A stretch of DNA of 64,000 nucleotides from Octopus sinensis (GCF_006345805.1 NC_043003.1:117118001-117182000); one strand, 5' to 3'. Positions 1 to 13,098 are shown, numbered from the stretch's first letter. Program-made: numbers and translations. The notes: generated by a model not told the origin, from the sequence alone.

Positions 1-265
1 CCGTCAGCATAAGATGGATTCTTCGCCCACGGGCCTTCACTCCATTTTTCATGAATACAAGATTTTCTTGTCTCTAAGTTGACAGGAAGCTGAGCTTCTG
101 GATTGTTTAGGAAGGGACTGGAGCTTGGTCATGGATGTGAAGAGTAACGAACCGAATGCCTTCATTCTCGCAGAAGCTTAAACTACGACAGGAACAGGAG
201 AACCGGATTCTTTAAGGCGTCCAGAAGTTTCATTTCTTTTTCTTTTGTTTGACTTTTATTTTATA

Positions 266-658
266 CTAGCAGTATCGCCCGGCGTTGCTCGGGTTTGTTT
301 CGACCCTTTAGAATTGGAATATTTGAAAAGTAAAACTTTTGCATTATGTAGCTTGTTATTCTCTTTAAGTGAACATTTTTCTGGTTGAAATACACCGAAA
401 AATGGCGACACAGCAGTCAAAAAATCGTAAAAAATAGGGATTTTCATAGAAAAAATAGAACCTTTTTGATGTAAATAATTTTTGGTGTTAACATGGTCCG
501 ATTTGAATATTTTCTTCTACGGAAGGAAGAGCACGCCTTCTTCTATCATACTCTCAATTTTGGTCAATTTACGCTGCAGGGTCTCGGAGGAGATAGTGTT
601 AGTTGAAGGCTACCAAACCTGCCATACACAGACAACTTCAGCTTTATATATAGAGAGA
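266..658 (-). mobile_element. Non-autonomous Helitron (~390 bp)
   Basis: The minus strand begins A|TCTCTCTATATATAAAGC and ends CCCGAGCAACGCCGGG (hairpin) CGATACTGCTAG|T. This gives a 5' TC, a subterminal hairpin, a CTAG 3' end and an A/T target with no TSD. The same 3' ~30 bp recur at 39827. Confidence 0.8.
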
Positions 659-1129
659 TTTTTTGTTTTTGAAAAACCGCCATCTCTGTCACGTAGATTG
701 CTTCGTGCATTGTTTTGAGCATCTTGAAATGGAAACGTATCTCTTCTATAATAAAGACGCCCATACCGAACTTCCTTTTCAATCAACACCAAATAATATG
801 ATTGTTAATGAAGGCTGTTGTAAGTGGGAAAAAATAATAAAATCCGATTTCCTTACACACTGTTTGATTTTTGCTTATTCTTATTTCAGCTACTTTATAT
901 CAACTATTTTACAGTGTTTGGTATAATGCATAGGTTCTTAAGTAATTTATGTTCTAAACTGACACCTTCTGATGACTTATCCTGGCAGTTAACTGAGTTA
1001 TAAAGAGATTTAATGACGGAACTTTCTGACTGCAAATGTAACAAAAGCTGTTAAAAACAGTCGATGGATCACCGTAATGGTTATCACCTCAGGATTTCAA
1101 AGGAGCTTCACACACCTTCACGCAGAGAT

Positions 1130-1139
1130 ACAGGCATAG

Positions 1140-1221
<82 letters not shown>

Positions 1222-1245
1222 ATAGACAGACAGACAGATAGATAA

Positions 1246-1307
<62 letters not shown>

Positions 1308-1494
1308 GGATAGATAGATTGATAAATAGATAGATAGAGATAGAGAGAGAGGTAGGCAAGTAGAGGGATAGGTAGATGAAAAATATAGATAGATATATAA
1401 GGAGAAAGAGACAGGGAGAGAGAAAGAAAAGCAGACAGACAGGCAGACAGACAGATAAATAGAGAGAGAGAGAGAGAGAGATAGAGAGATAGAG

Positions 1495-1567
<73 letters not shown>

Positions 1568-1584
1568 TAGATAGACAGATAGAC

Positions 1585-1623
<39 letters not shown>

Positions 1624-1735
1624 GAGATAGAGAGAGAGAGAGAGATAGACAGATAGATAGATAGATAGATAGATAGATCGATAGATAGATAGTAGATAGA
1701 TAGTGATAGATAGATAGAGAGAGATAGAGAGAGAG

Positions 1736-1821
<86 letters not shown>

Positions 1822-1828
1822 ATAGATC
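1130..1828. repeat. (GATA)n/(GACA)n/(GA)n compound microsatellite
   Basis: Directly visible; it explains the YLSI-repeat ORFs. Confidence 0.97.
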
Positions 1829-2739
1829 GAAATATGCTCCTGCTTTCAAGCCTTTCTGGGATCTATACATCGGCCATCTCGTTTCTCTTCCCATATAGCA
1901 ATATCAAAACGTTCATCGGTGTGTGTGAGTGTGATTGTATTCATGTATATCGCTTATATTTAATTGACTGGCAACCTCTATCTATCCGTCCATGCGCATC
2001 AGGTTCGCCAATGTTTACTTGATTTATCGATCCCAACCGTTATGTATAAATATCGCAATACATAAGCTGACGTATTGATACATAGAATCTTTCATTCTCT
2101 GATCGATCCGAAATTATCAGCACACTCAATGAAACCATACAGCGACAAGCAAGAAGACCTAACACATCTCAAATACGCTTCTTCACAAAATCTACCATCC
2201 ATTTCAACGGTACCACTTCCACCATCATTATGAAGATCGCCATTGCGGCCAGAGTCACTACAACCATAACCACCATGTTGCTTCTTTGAGAAGATACTAT
2301 TTCACCTCCATGACTGAAGAGCAACAAACCAAAGTGGAACACACGCCGAAAGAGATGTACTCCTGTAGCTATCAACACAATGCAATTTGTCCCTTAACAA
2401 GTACCATCACATCACATCCTGACAACACCGTTAAGAGTAGGGACCATATTCAGAACACCATACGTATCTTGTCGGGCACGCAATTGCACCTCTTAGAGCT
2501 GATTGGTTATAACTTACTTGCAGGTAACCCCGAAGCGTCTAATGGTATCACTCAGCCTAATATCAGCAGCTTCCTAAATAACCGTGGATCTTCGCCGTAC
2601 AATCATAAAATTAGCTAAATTTATTGAACACATCATTCTTGTACATACTTTGAATAATGATGGGATGGTGACGGCAGAAAACTGGTCAGAGAAAGTTCTA
2701 ACAGAAATAACACAGATTTTGGATCAAGCTCAAAGTGAC

Positions 2740-2955
2740 ATTTTAGTGCAGGAGCCTGTCCTGATTTGATTAGACTTGAAGCTCCAAAATACTGGCGAGG
2801 CATAATATGTGTACAAATGGTTCTAATACCATGAAACGTGATTCTTAAGTATACTTAGGTATGGATTAATTAATTATGAGATAATCAACTTGCGTAAATA
2901 ATTAATTTGATTAGACTTTAAACTCCAGTAATGAATCACATTGAATATTACTCCA
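2740..2955. repeat. Dispersed repeat fragment, inverted copy of ~58968-59175
   Basis: CCTGATTTGATTAGACTTGAAGCTCCAAAATACTGG...TTGAATATTACTCC matches the reverse complement of 58968-59165 over ~210 bp. Confidence 0.85.
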
Positions 2956-2976
2956 TATGCACTACTATGTTAAATA

Positions 2977-4243
2977 CGAGGGTAAGTCAAAAATTATCTG
3001 CACTTTGGCCATAACATATCTTTATTATTGTTACACTGCTTTCTGCGCATGCGTGCTTATAGATGGTACTATTGTGTTCACGTGATCGAAGTTTGACCCT
3101 GATCGTGCCATTTTCTTTTTTCTTTCGGGCTTTACAGTATAAGCATAGCCATTCCACAAGCAACGTGCACCAAAGAACAAAGAGCAGTGATCCAGTTTCT
3201 CTGGTCAGAAGTTGTACCAGGTGCTGAAATTCATCGGAGGCTTTTAGCACAAAACGGGGACAGAGCGCTACCGCGTGGAAGTGTGTATGAGTAGATTGAG
3301 AAGTTTAAATGTGACCGGACAAGCTTGACGCAAAAAGACAGAACCGGGCGCCCGTCAGTCAACCTTCACCACTGACGAGAAGACTCAGCAAGACCGAGAC
3401 GGCAATGGTGAACCAGCGAGTTATCATGGTAGCTCGTTCTCTGCAGATTAGTCGTGGTTTTTGCCTATCAAATCATCCACGGCTTCCATAAAATCTGTGC
3501 AAGATGGATGCCAAGGGAGTGTACTGCAGAGCAAAAGCGCAAACGTCTTGAAGCCTGCCAACATTTACTTGATCGCTACAACAATGGGGTGAGGAATTTT
3601 TGAGCAGAATAGTCACAAGAGATGAAACGTGGGTCCGTGATTATGAGACAAAACACAGACTATGGAGTGGAAACATCCCAACTCGCCAGCGACGAAGTAT
3701 TTCAAGACTCAGTTTCCCTTTTTTTTTTGGACTCAAAAGGGCCTATACTGGAAGACTACCTTGAAAAGGGGTGTATGATCAACAGTGCAAGATACAGTGA
3801 TTTGCTGGCCAACAAACTGAAGCCAGCAATTCGCACCAAATGCCAAAGCCTATTGTCAAAGAAAGTGTTGTTGTTGCATTACAATGCACACCCATACACG
3901 GCCACCCAGACTGTTGAAACCATTAATCAATTGGGTTTTGAGGTGCTGGAATACCCTGCCTACAACCCAGATCTCGCCCCTTCCGACTATCATATCTTTC
4001 GACTGATGGAAGATGGTTTACAAGATCGTCGATTTCCTAGAGATGTGAAGGAAGTGGTACATAAATAGTTGCATGACCAACCAAAAACCTTCTTCTTGGA
4101 GGGGATATGCAAGCTTGTGGACCGCTTGACCAAGAGCATCAAAATAGGAGATTATAGAGAAAAATAGCGCATTTGTTTAACCCATGCTTTTGTGTAAATA
4201 CATTGAAAAAGCAAGAGTGCGTATAATTTATGACTCTCCTTCG
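2977..4243 (+). mobile_element. Full-length decayed mariner transposon
   Basis: Imperfect TIRs CGAGGGTAAGTCAAAAATTATCTGCAC / GTGCGTATAATTTATGACTCTCCTTCG, TA on both flanks, ~1.27 kb. Confidence 0.92.
3150..4168 (+). pseudogene. Mariner (DD34D) transposase pseudogene
   Basis: IVTRDETWV, LLHYNAHPY and YPAYNPDLAPSDYHIF motifs spread over several frames, with stops. Confidence 0.9.
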
Positions 4244-4638
4244 TACGAGCGCCCAGGCATGCCATTCTGTTCAACAGTCTCCGATTCTTCATGTCTAGAA
4301 GTTTCCAATTCCCAAATGAATACCCACAAAGACCTATTTTCTTCCTCGTTGCAACCTATACTACAAGATGATTCCATACCTCATCAAAACATAATTCCGG
4401 TCACCAGATCACACTATATCTTATTCAAATCATCATACCACTCCTCCGAGCCACTTTCACTTCTTTTTCAAAGCCAGACAATCACAGAAATCTGTTGCAG
4501 CAGCAACTGCAAAGTTTAGCTTTTCTGTTACTGTCACAGCACAAGTGAACATCCCTTGGAGTCACATTAAAAACCGAGCACAAAGGAAATGCTAAAAATA
4601 CTTGAAATTGCTTTTGTTACGATGAAGAGATTGTCACT

Positions 4639-5003
4639 AGGAGTGGCTGTGTGGTAAGTAGCTTGCTAACCAACCACATGGTTCCGGGTTCAGTCCCACT
4701 GCCTGGCATCTTGGGCAAGTGTCTTCTGCTATAGCCCCGGGCCGACCAATGCCTTGTGAGTGGATTTGGTAGATGGAAACTGAAAGAAGCCTGTCGTATA
4801 TATGTATATATATATATGTGTATGTGTGTGTGTTTGTCCCCCTAGCATTACGTCCCCGTCACTTAGAGGTTCGGCAAAAGACACCGATAGAATAAGTACT
4901 GGGCTTACAAAGAATAAGTCCCAGGGTCGATTTGCTCGACTAAAGGCGGTGCTTCAGCATGACCGCAATCAAATGACTGAAACAAGTAAAAGAGTAAAGA
5001 GTA
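4639..5003 (+). mobile_element. tRNA-derived SINE, family A
   Basis: Head GGAGTGGCTGTGTGGTAAG...GGTTCAGTCCC (A/B-box-like), internal TA/TG tract, tail ATGACTGAAACAAGTAAAAGAGTA; many copies in the window. Confidence 0.9.
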
Positions 5004-6368
5004 TGACCATTGTAAGGGCTCTTACTTGGTGACTTTGGTAGGTTTAATATTCAGCTCTGAGTAATTTAATTTGGAGTTTGCAGGAAAAGATCAACAAGTT
5101 GTAAGAGGGAATCTGAGTTAGGAATACAAATTAGTGCAGGCTTTCGGTTGAAAGCGCTTAATTAGTGAAAAGATTATGAGATCGACAACGATCAGCTTAA
5201 ATGTTCATAGACTGGCCAATACACACTCACGAAATGTGACCAAATGAGGTTTATTTTTCAGCACAGCCCCCACTTTGCGGACCACACACACCTTCCATCG
5301 GTATCATAGTACTTGGATCCCGTTGGTGAATAAGTTTTTTATCTTATTGGTCAAAAAACTCATCAATATCATAACTTCAATATGAAATTATAATCTGATA
5401 CCATCTCCACTAAACTAAAACTTTACTGTAGAGAAAGAATACAATTCCACTTTTACAGTGAAGCCAGCACATTTGACGACAACGTATACCTCCCCCCAAA
5501 ACCCCAAGTTATAACTAAATTCTGCTAACAAGAGTAAAACATCCACATAAGTCAACCGCAGTCACAGAATTTAATTTCGATGGCACAACAGTACTACAAG
5601 CTCAAACATCTTCCGCTGCTATGTTCGCCACCGTTGGGACATATAACCCACAGCTAGACTTCAACACGTAACCACAAACACCTAATATATCCACCACTAC
5701 AACCACCACCAGTGCTCCGGCACCACCAGACCTGCCATTTACGACAGCGCAGATAAAATTCCGTTGCACAGAAAATATTTGCAACTGTTTTCCATACATA
5801 TATTCTTTTATTTCTTGTTTTTTATTTACATTTTTTTTCTGGTTTTCTCTGCTGCTACTGCTGCTGCTGCTGTTGCTGCCAGAATGGTTGATGCGTACGG
5901 AATAGTTCCGGAAATACTGATTTCCAATGATGCATGTTGCCAAATCCTGTGACTTGCCACCCTATTAATGGTAAGGCATGCCTTGTTTAAATCACACACT
6001 CTATCGCCACTCGTTGCAAATAGCGACACACAATCAATCCGATTCTATGCAACATTAAGAATTGTGAAATGCTCGTAAATCACTGTTGATGATCACGACT
6101 CAGAGAAGTTAGTTTAATCGAAAAGCATTCGACTATTTCTGGCAGCGGATAGATTATCGTAGTTAGCTTGTCGTCGTCGTTGTTCGGTTTTTCCCCTTCC
6201 ATTATTTATATTTGATGCTTGTTTGTTTGCGATGTTCCTTGGAGATTTCAGTGTCCTAAACGGAAAACAACGGTAAATGCGTGTCTGCGAATGCCCCTGT
6301 GTGCGCGTGTGAGCGTGTATAAGTGTGCGTGCGTATTGTGTGAGTGTGTATCTGTCTGTGTGAGAGAG

Positions 6369-6437
<69 letters not shown>

Positions 6438-6625
6438 TGGCGTGTTGCTCTTTTTCCTGTTATCTCAATCATTGAACTAGTGTAGCATCGTCGGCCTTAT
6501 TGCCCTCACCGAAAACCCACACTATAAATATTTAACATTGGCACCAGTTGCACACAAGCATCTAATATTGTTGCACCAAACATGTCTTTGCTGCTAAAAC
6601 AGAATTTCACTCCATCAGTGACTTT

Positions 6626-7289
6626 AATACAGTTCTATATTTAAGAGATGAGGAATTATGTACATTATTTACATTATTTACATTTGACGGGCATATAGCG
6701 AAGTGGTTAAGAGTGTGGGCTACAAACCCCATAAGATAAGAAAAGAAGAAGAAGAAGAAGAAGAAGAAGAAGAAGAAGAAGAGGCGGAGGAAGAGGAGGA
6801 GGAAGAGGAGGAGGAAGAGGAGGAAGAGGAGGAGGAGGAGAAGAAGAAGAAGAAGAAGAAGAAGAAGAAGAAGAAGAAAAAAAGAAAAAGAAGAAGAAGA
6901 AGGAAAAGAAGACGAAGAAGAAGAAGAAAAGAAGAAGAAGAAAAAAGAAGAAGAAGAAGAAGAAGAGGCGGAGGAAGAGGAGGAGGAGGAGAGGAAGAGG
7001 AGGAGGAGGAGAGAGAAGAAGAAGAAAAGAAGAAGAAGAAGAAGAAGAAAAAAAGAAGAAGAAGAAGAAAAGAGGACGAAGAAGAAGAAGAAAAGAAGAA
7101 GAAGAAGAAGAAAAGAAGAAGAAGAAGAAGAAGAAGAAGAAGAAGAAGAAGAAGAAGAAGAAGAAGATCGAAAAATACCTTAAGAATGAAAACGCAGGTT
7201 CGAAATTTCCCCAAGATGAAGACTGGAGGGTATATCAGCCGAAACGTGATGAGGATAAATATCCGTCAAATGTAAATAATGTAAACAAT
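6626..7289. mobile_element. Extremely truncated Penelope-like insertion: minus-strand 3' end plus an inverted pLTR with a tRNA-like head and (GAA)n
   Basis: The left end TACAGTTCTATATTTAAGAGATGAGGAATTATG and right end GAGGATAAATATCCGTCAAATGTAAATAATGTAAA match the two ends of the PLE at 41479-43578. A 12-bp duplication ATCAGTGACTTT lies at 6614-6625 and 7290-7301. Confidence 0.8.
6740..7167 (+). repeat. (GAA/GAG)n polypurine tract
   Basis: Directly visible; it explains the poly-E/K/R ORF. Confidence 0.97.
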
Positions 7290-7514
7290 ATCAGTGACTT
7301 TGTCTAAGCGCACACATTTCTTCATACAAATGATGCTTCACTTCCCCAATAACCCTCAAAGTACCGAAAGTCCTAAAATCCACGTAAGCATTATTAGAGT
7401 CTCATTAATGTTCTTCAAATTAATCAACGCAATGCATCTTATCTAATTTTGTTAATGATTGTTTTATACATTTCCTTACAAAAAAAACTGACACACAAAC
7501 CTTTTTATCAACGA

Positions 7515-8270
7515 AAATATGACATATAATGCAAATATCATATCATATATACTAATATGACATATCATAATGCAAATATATCATATATGCAAATATGACT
7601 TGTCATAATGCAAATATCATATCATATATACAAATATGACATATAATGCAAATATCATATCATATATACTAATATGATATATCATAATGCAAATATATCA
7701 TATATACGAATATGACATATCATAATGCAAATATTACATCATATATACAAATATGACATCATAATGCAAATATCATATATACAAATATGCCACATCATAA
7801 TGCAAATATCATATTATATATACAAATATGACATATCATAATGCAAATATCATATATACAAATATGCCACATCATAATGCAAATATCATATCATATATAC
7901 AAATATGACATCATAATGCAAATATCATATATACAAATATGACATATCATAATGCAAATATCATATATACAAATATGACATATCATAATGCAAATATCAT
8001 ATATACAAATATGACACATCATTATGCAAATATCATATCATATATACAAATATGACATCATAATGCAAATATCATATATACAAATATGACACTATGACTT
8101 ATCATAAGGCAAATATCATATCATATATACAAATATGACATATCCTAATGCAAATATATCATATATACGAATATAACACATCATAATGCAAATATTACAT
8201 CTTTTATACAAATATGACAGCATAATGCAAATATCATATCATATATACAGATATGAGATATCCTTATACG
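7515..8270. repeat. AT-rich minisatellite, ~36-41 bp unit, about 19 copies
   Basis: The unit ATATGACATATCATAATGCAAATATCATATCATATATACAA is repeated with small indels. Confidence 0.93.
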
Positions 8271-8339
8271 AATAAAGACACCGCTTACTGATTGCAAAAT
8301 TCTCTCAACTCACCATCATTTAAATACTTAAGGTTTTTT

Positions 8340-8728
8340 TTTATCTCTTATTTGTTTCGGTCATTACTTTTTTTATTATTTCTAAGCCAGGTACTTATTC
8401 GATCGGTCTATTTTGTCGAACCGCTAGCTTGCAGGGACGTAAACACACCAATACTTGTTGTTAGGCAGTGGTGCTGGACAAACACGCACACGAAAGACAC
8501 ACACACATAGATATATACACATAAACAATAGACACAGACATACACACATATATATGTATATACACATTTGTATATACATATATAATAGGCTTCTTTTAGT
8601 TTCCCTCTACCAGATCTACCCACAACGCTATAGCAGAATTCACTTGCCCAAAACGCCACGCAGTGGGGCTGAACCCGGAATCATGGGGTTAGAAAGCAAG
8701 ATTCTCACCACACAGCCACGCCTGCACT
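8340..8728 (-). mobile_element. SINE family A, diverged
   Basis: Reverse-complement similarity to 4639-5003 and 50092-50487. Confidence 0.85.
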
Positions 8729-9302
8729 TATAAATATTCACACAATACAATATATAATTTATCTACCATTTGCTTCAGAATGATTTTTTTGTCTTTTATG
8801 ATCGAAACCATTTGATAGGTATCGATTTCAGCAGACGTGTTTAGAGCGAGCTTCATGTGTTTACTACGATAAGTGGAAAGGTCGGGAGACATATTGTTAA
8901 GCAATGGCCATATTTAAAAGGACTAAATATGGGGCGTTTTCACTTATATAACATAATAAAGAGGTTGTTTTATTTTCCGTCGATGATTGAGAGGTTCGAG
9001 GAAGCGTGAAGAAAAAAAGGAAATCAAAGGGAGAGCAAGTCATAAGAGACATAAACAATCAGGAAATATGTGAGCATTGAAGAACCAAGTTACGCTATAC
9101 CTGAATATATGAGACAATATATTCCTGTAGATTTATCCGAGATAGTGACCCATAATCTCATGCTTATTTCTCACAGTTAAAGAGCGTAGGCTCGAAACGT
9201 TAAAGAGTTTTCCCTTTTCCCCGAGCGTCAAACCAACACACTTGTTCATACTCCTGTCTTCGTCATTTGCTTTACCACAAATTTCAGCTATATATATATA
9301 TA

Positions 9303-9595
9303 TCACGTGATCACGTGACCGACCAGACCATCAGATGTTACTACATATCGCTGGTTGCTACATATCACGATTCGTTCGCATTGTTTTAGCATTCGAATGA
9401 CGCCACCCCGCTGGCTAAGCGAGCAGGCCAACAGCAGAAAGAGTGCGAGAAAGAGTGCAGCAGGGATCACCACCCCCTGCCGGAGCGTCGTGGAGCTTTT
9501 AGGTGTTTTCGCTCTATAAACACACACAACAATCGAAAGTGCGATCCTAAGACCGCGAGTCCGCTGCCCTAACCACTGGGCCATTGCGCCTACAC
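9303..9595 (-). mobile_element. tRNA-derived SINE family C, tail type 1
   Basis: Head GGCGCAATGGCCCAGTGGTTAGGGCAGCGGACTCGCGGTC; tail ...CTGATGGTCTGGTCGGTCACGTGAT; homologous to 22341-22641. Confidence 0.9.
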
Positions 9596-9621
9596 ATATA
9601 CATACATATACATATATATAT

Positions 9622-9703
<82 letters not shown>

Positions 9704-10204
9704 CACCACACACACACACACCACACACACATATATATATATATATATTATATATATATATATGAACTTGTTACCGTTTCGAATAGGCTTGAGACATATT
9801 CGAACCCGTAAGACGGGCACTCATAATGTTTTATCAAAGGAAACATTCTCGCTGACGGCAAATAAGTGTAAATACACCAAATCAATTCTAAGTGTTCCCT
9901 ACCAAAACTGATAGCAGCATGTATTGAGGAATTCTTTCCTTCTGTAAACCATCAAATACCAGAAAGAGAGCTGCTCCGAGCTCAGAAGAGACCAAGTCTT
10001 TTTTATTAAGTCTTAGTCAAACTACCGTCGCTGGTTGTGCTAATCGGCGATTTACCTGCAATAAAGTATGGATAAGGAACACTAAGCAGCGATCGGTACA
10101 ATTACACACCTGCTATTAGTCAAAATATGTTTCACAAAATACCCTGAGTGGCTTTGTTATGAGCATATTTGAACAGGTAACACGTTTATACATGCATTCA
10201 TACA

Positions 10205-10762
10205 TACATGGTGGCTGCCCCCTCGTTATCGAGTATGGCCATTGCACGAAGCTTAATCAATGTTGTTATCGTGCAATGCCTGTGCAAGAAGAATTTTTTT
10301 TAAGTGAGCAAAGGCTGTGCACTGAGTCAATCCCACTCACTAAGCAACAGCAGCCATAATCCGAAAAGAAGAACAAGTCAACATCATCGGTAACCACTGA
10401 GCCGCAGGTATTATGTCGGAGTTATCCCAGTTACCTAAGTTACCTTCTCCAAGAAGGATGCCCTAACAAAGTCTAGGAATCCTTCACTCCCAATGGTTTA
10501 ACCGCACGATCGGGTATTCAGTCCGATTATTTCTATGTCCCCGCGCATGATACAGCCTTAAGACATATATTGGATGGCAGTTGACTCTCAAGAGTTCCTC
10601 CGCCCTTTGACAGGTTTTGTTTTTCATCCCGCAGGGTGTCCAATAAGCACCCTCCTCACCAAGAAAGCTTGGTGGGGTTGCCAGTTTAGTCGCCGACGAC
10701 CCGACCATGCAACAGGTTGTACTGGGTTACATGTTACCAGTAGCACTCGAAAGTGACCTGAC
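10205..10762 (-). mobile_element. Unclassified ~550 bp insertion in a (CATA)n tract, possibly a non-autonomous RTE derivative
   Basis: A GC-richer block bounded on both sides by CATA repeats, with no credible ORF. The class is inferred only. Confidence 0.4.
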
Positions 10763-10807
10763 ATACATACATACATACATACATTCATACATAATATATA
10801 TATTTAT

Positions 10808-11140
10808 GTCGTTGCACTCCATCGGTTACGACGACGAGTGACTGAGCACTCCACGGACACGCGTACCCTTAACATAGTTCTTGGAGAAGATTCAGCGTTA
10901 CACAGAGTGTGACAAGGCTGGCCCTTTCAAATACAGGTACAAAAGAAACAAGAAGAAAGGGTGAGAGAAAGTTGCGGTGAAAGAGTACAGTAGGGTTAGC
11001 CACCAGCCCCTGCCGGGGCCTCATTGAGCTTTAGGTGTTTTTGCTTAATAAACACTCTCAACACCCGGCCTGGGAATCGAAGCCGCGACCCTACGACTGC
11101 AAGTCCGCTGCCCTAACCACTGGGCTACTCTGCCTCCACA
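10808..11140 (-). mobile_element. SINE family C, tail type 2
   Basis: Same head as 9303 and 22341; tail GTCGTCGTAACCGATGGAGTGCAAC as in 19611-19920. Confidence 0.88.
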
Positions 11141-11154
11141 TACATGTATGTATA

Positions 11155-12012
11155 TAAAGAAACCGGAATTTTGCAATATTACTTTAATCACTTTTACATC
11201 CTTACACTTTTATCGCCTTCAAAATATTCTCCATTTGAAGCAATGCATCAATCCAGACAGGTTTTCCACTGTTTAAAACCGTACTGTAACTCTTGTGAAG
11301 TGATGCTTTTAACCCCCTCCTTCGTTTTTTCCTTTACTTCTTTCACATCTGCAAAATTTCGTAGCACCAGCTTTTGTCATCCGTGATGGCCTTCGAAACT
11401 AAAGGTAAGGATCAAATTCCAAATATTCTTTCAGTTCACGACTACCATTCAGTCGTGACTACTTTTGATCTTCTCTGAACAAGCAAGGAAGGCACAAATT
11501 TTGCTGCAACTCTTTTCATTCGCAATTCCTCTCTCAAAATTTCTTGGCAGGAGTTCCAAGATACACCAGTCATATTAACAAGTTCGCCAATTGTTCAGTG
11601 ATGGTCCTCCAAGATCAGTTCATGAAGTCTCATGATGTTTTCATTCGTTCGAGAGGTTAACATTCGCCTTGAATGAGGTCCGTCTTCAAGCGACAAGTGA
11701 CCATTCCTAAAGCGTGAAAGCCACTCGTAAACTTGTGTTTTGCTCATGGCAACGTCTTTGTAAGCTGTTTGAACCATAAACACAGTTTTGATCGCCGTTT
11801 TCCCTAGAAGAAAACAGAATTTCACGGAAGCAGCTGTTCTTTCGTTGTAGCCATCGCAAAAAGGAGGAACAGAGGAGAAGCACGGTTAAACAAAAACGCA
11901 CCACGTGACAGTACGACCTCACTGGACGTGGCCGACCGACAGACTGGAGCCTGAGAATCGCATCAAGTAGCTTCTAACGGCGCAGAAGTGGAAACTACAC
12001 TGGTTTGTTTCC
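11155..12012 (-). mobile_element. Internally deleted mariner with a transposase remnant
   Basis: KFCFLLGKTA...VYEWLSRFRNGHLSLEDGPHS (N-terminal HTH), RVAAKFVP and ITDDKSWCYE join directly to the C-terminal ...CIASNGEYFEGD; the central catalytic region is missing. Confidence 0.85.
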
Positions 12013-12013
12013 G

Positions 12014-12162
<149 letters not shown>

Positions 12163-12289
12163 AAAGTAAAAAGGAATACCTAAGACTAGAATTGGTAGCA
12201 TACTATAACAATACTACCGGCTATTTTGGAATTCTAAGTGTGAACGAGCTCTATTTGTACTCTTATACGTTCTTAACATAACACACCTC

Positions 12290-12362
<73 letters not shown>

Positions 12363-12384
12363 TACATACATAGACACACATACA

Positions 12385-12875
12385 TACGAGAAACTGTGTA
12401 CAGTTGTGGAAACCAGCTGTTCAGTGTCGGTTAACAGGAAGCTAAAGATTAGTGAAAAAAAAAGCACTTAACTCTACTGTTGAGAAAACTACAGTTACTC
12501 TATCCAGATTACAAGTTCAGGTTTATACCTGTAATTATTGGGGCACTGAGATATGTAGCACACTGCCTAAATGGAAATCCTAAGAAATTAGGCTCCAGAA
12601 AACCAGAAAGGAGTAACCTGATTCGAAGACTACAGATCCAAGTCATCAGTGGAACTGTTAAAATCTGTAAAGCTTTCAGTAGTTAATAATTTAAATATAT
12701 ACATTAAACAAGACGTACAAATCTGCACATATACATACGTATATACATACATGAAAAAATACCCTGTTGCCAATGTTGATATCCCATTGAAGGAGCCTTG
12801 GATCTAGGTTAGAAACCGGTTCGTTCTCTGTTGGCAAGAAATCTTGAAATAAAACAGAATAATGACATACATACA
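12385..12875 (+). mobile_element. 3' fragment of a restriction-like-endonuclease (RLE) non-LTR retrotransposon
   Basis: LQLLYPDYKFRFIPVIIGALRYV resembles the RLE C-terminal P(V/I)(V/I)(I/V)GALG motif, followed by a UTR-like tail. Confidence 0.65.
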
Positions 12876-12894
12876 CCGACAGATAAAGAATAGT

Positions 12895-12935
12895 TCGACA
12901 GACAGAAAAAAAGATAGATAGATAAATAGATAGAT

Positions 12936-12994
<59 letters not shown>

Positions 12995-13015
12995 TAGAAA
13001 GATATATAGAAGGAT

Positions 13016-13098
<83 letters not shown>

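Noticed and set aside
960-1060. CTGATGA at ~968 as a hammerhead
   Set aside because: No properly placed helix II, GAAA or UH was found.
1108-1894. Long YLSI/YI/CV-repeat ORFs here and throughout the window
   Set aside because: They are stop-free translations of (GATA)n, (TA)n and (TG)n microsatellites.
5850-5980. Possible host exon (CAG acceptor at ~5882, ATG|GTAAGG donor at ~5970)
   Set aside because: All three frames contain stops and there is no recognisable protein. A UTR exon cannot be excluded without RNA-seq.
6703-7275. 190-aa poly-E/K/R ORF
   Set aside because: It is a translation of the (GAA)n tract inside a PLE fragment.
9765-9830. Minus-strand GAATA/TATTC-GAAA-CGG-TA hammerhead-like fragment
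   Set aside because: There is no recognisable YUGANRA core adjacent to the helix.
12785-12825. TTGAAGG...GAAACCGGTT as a hammerhead
   Set aside because: The core is mismatched, helix I cannot form, and it lies in a LINE 3' UTR.
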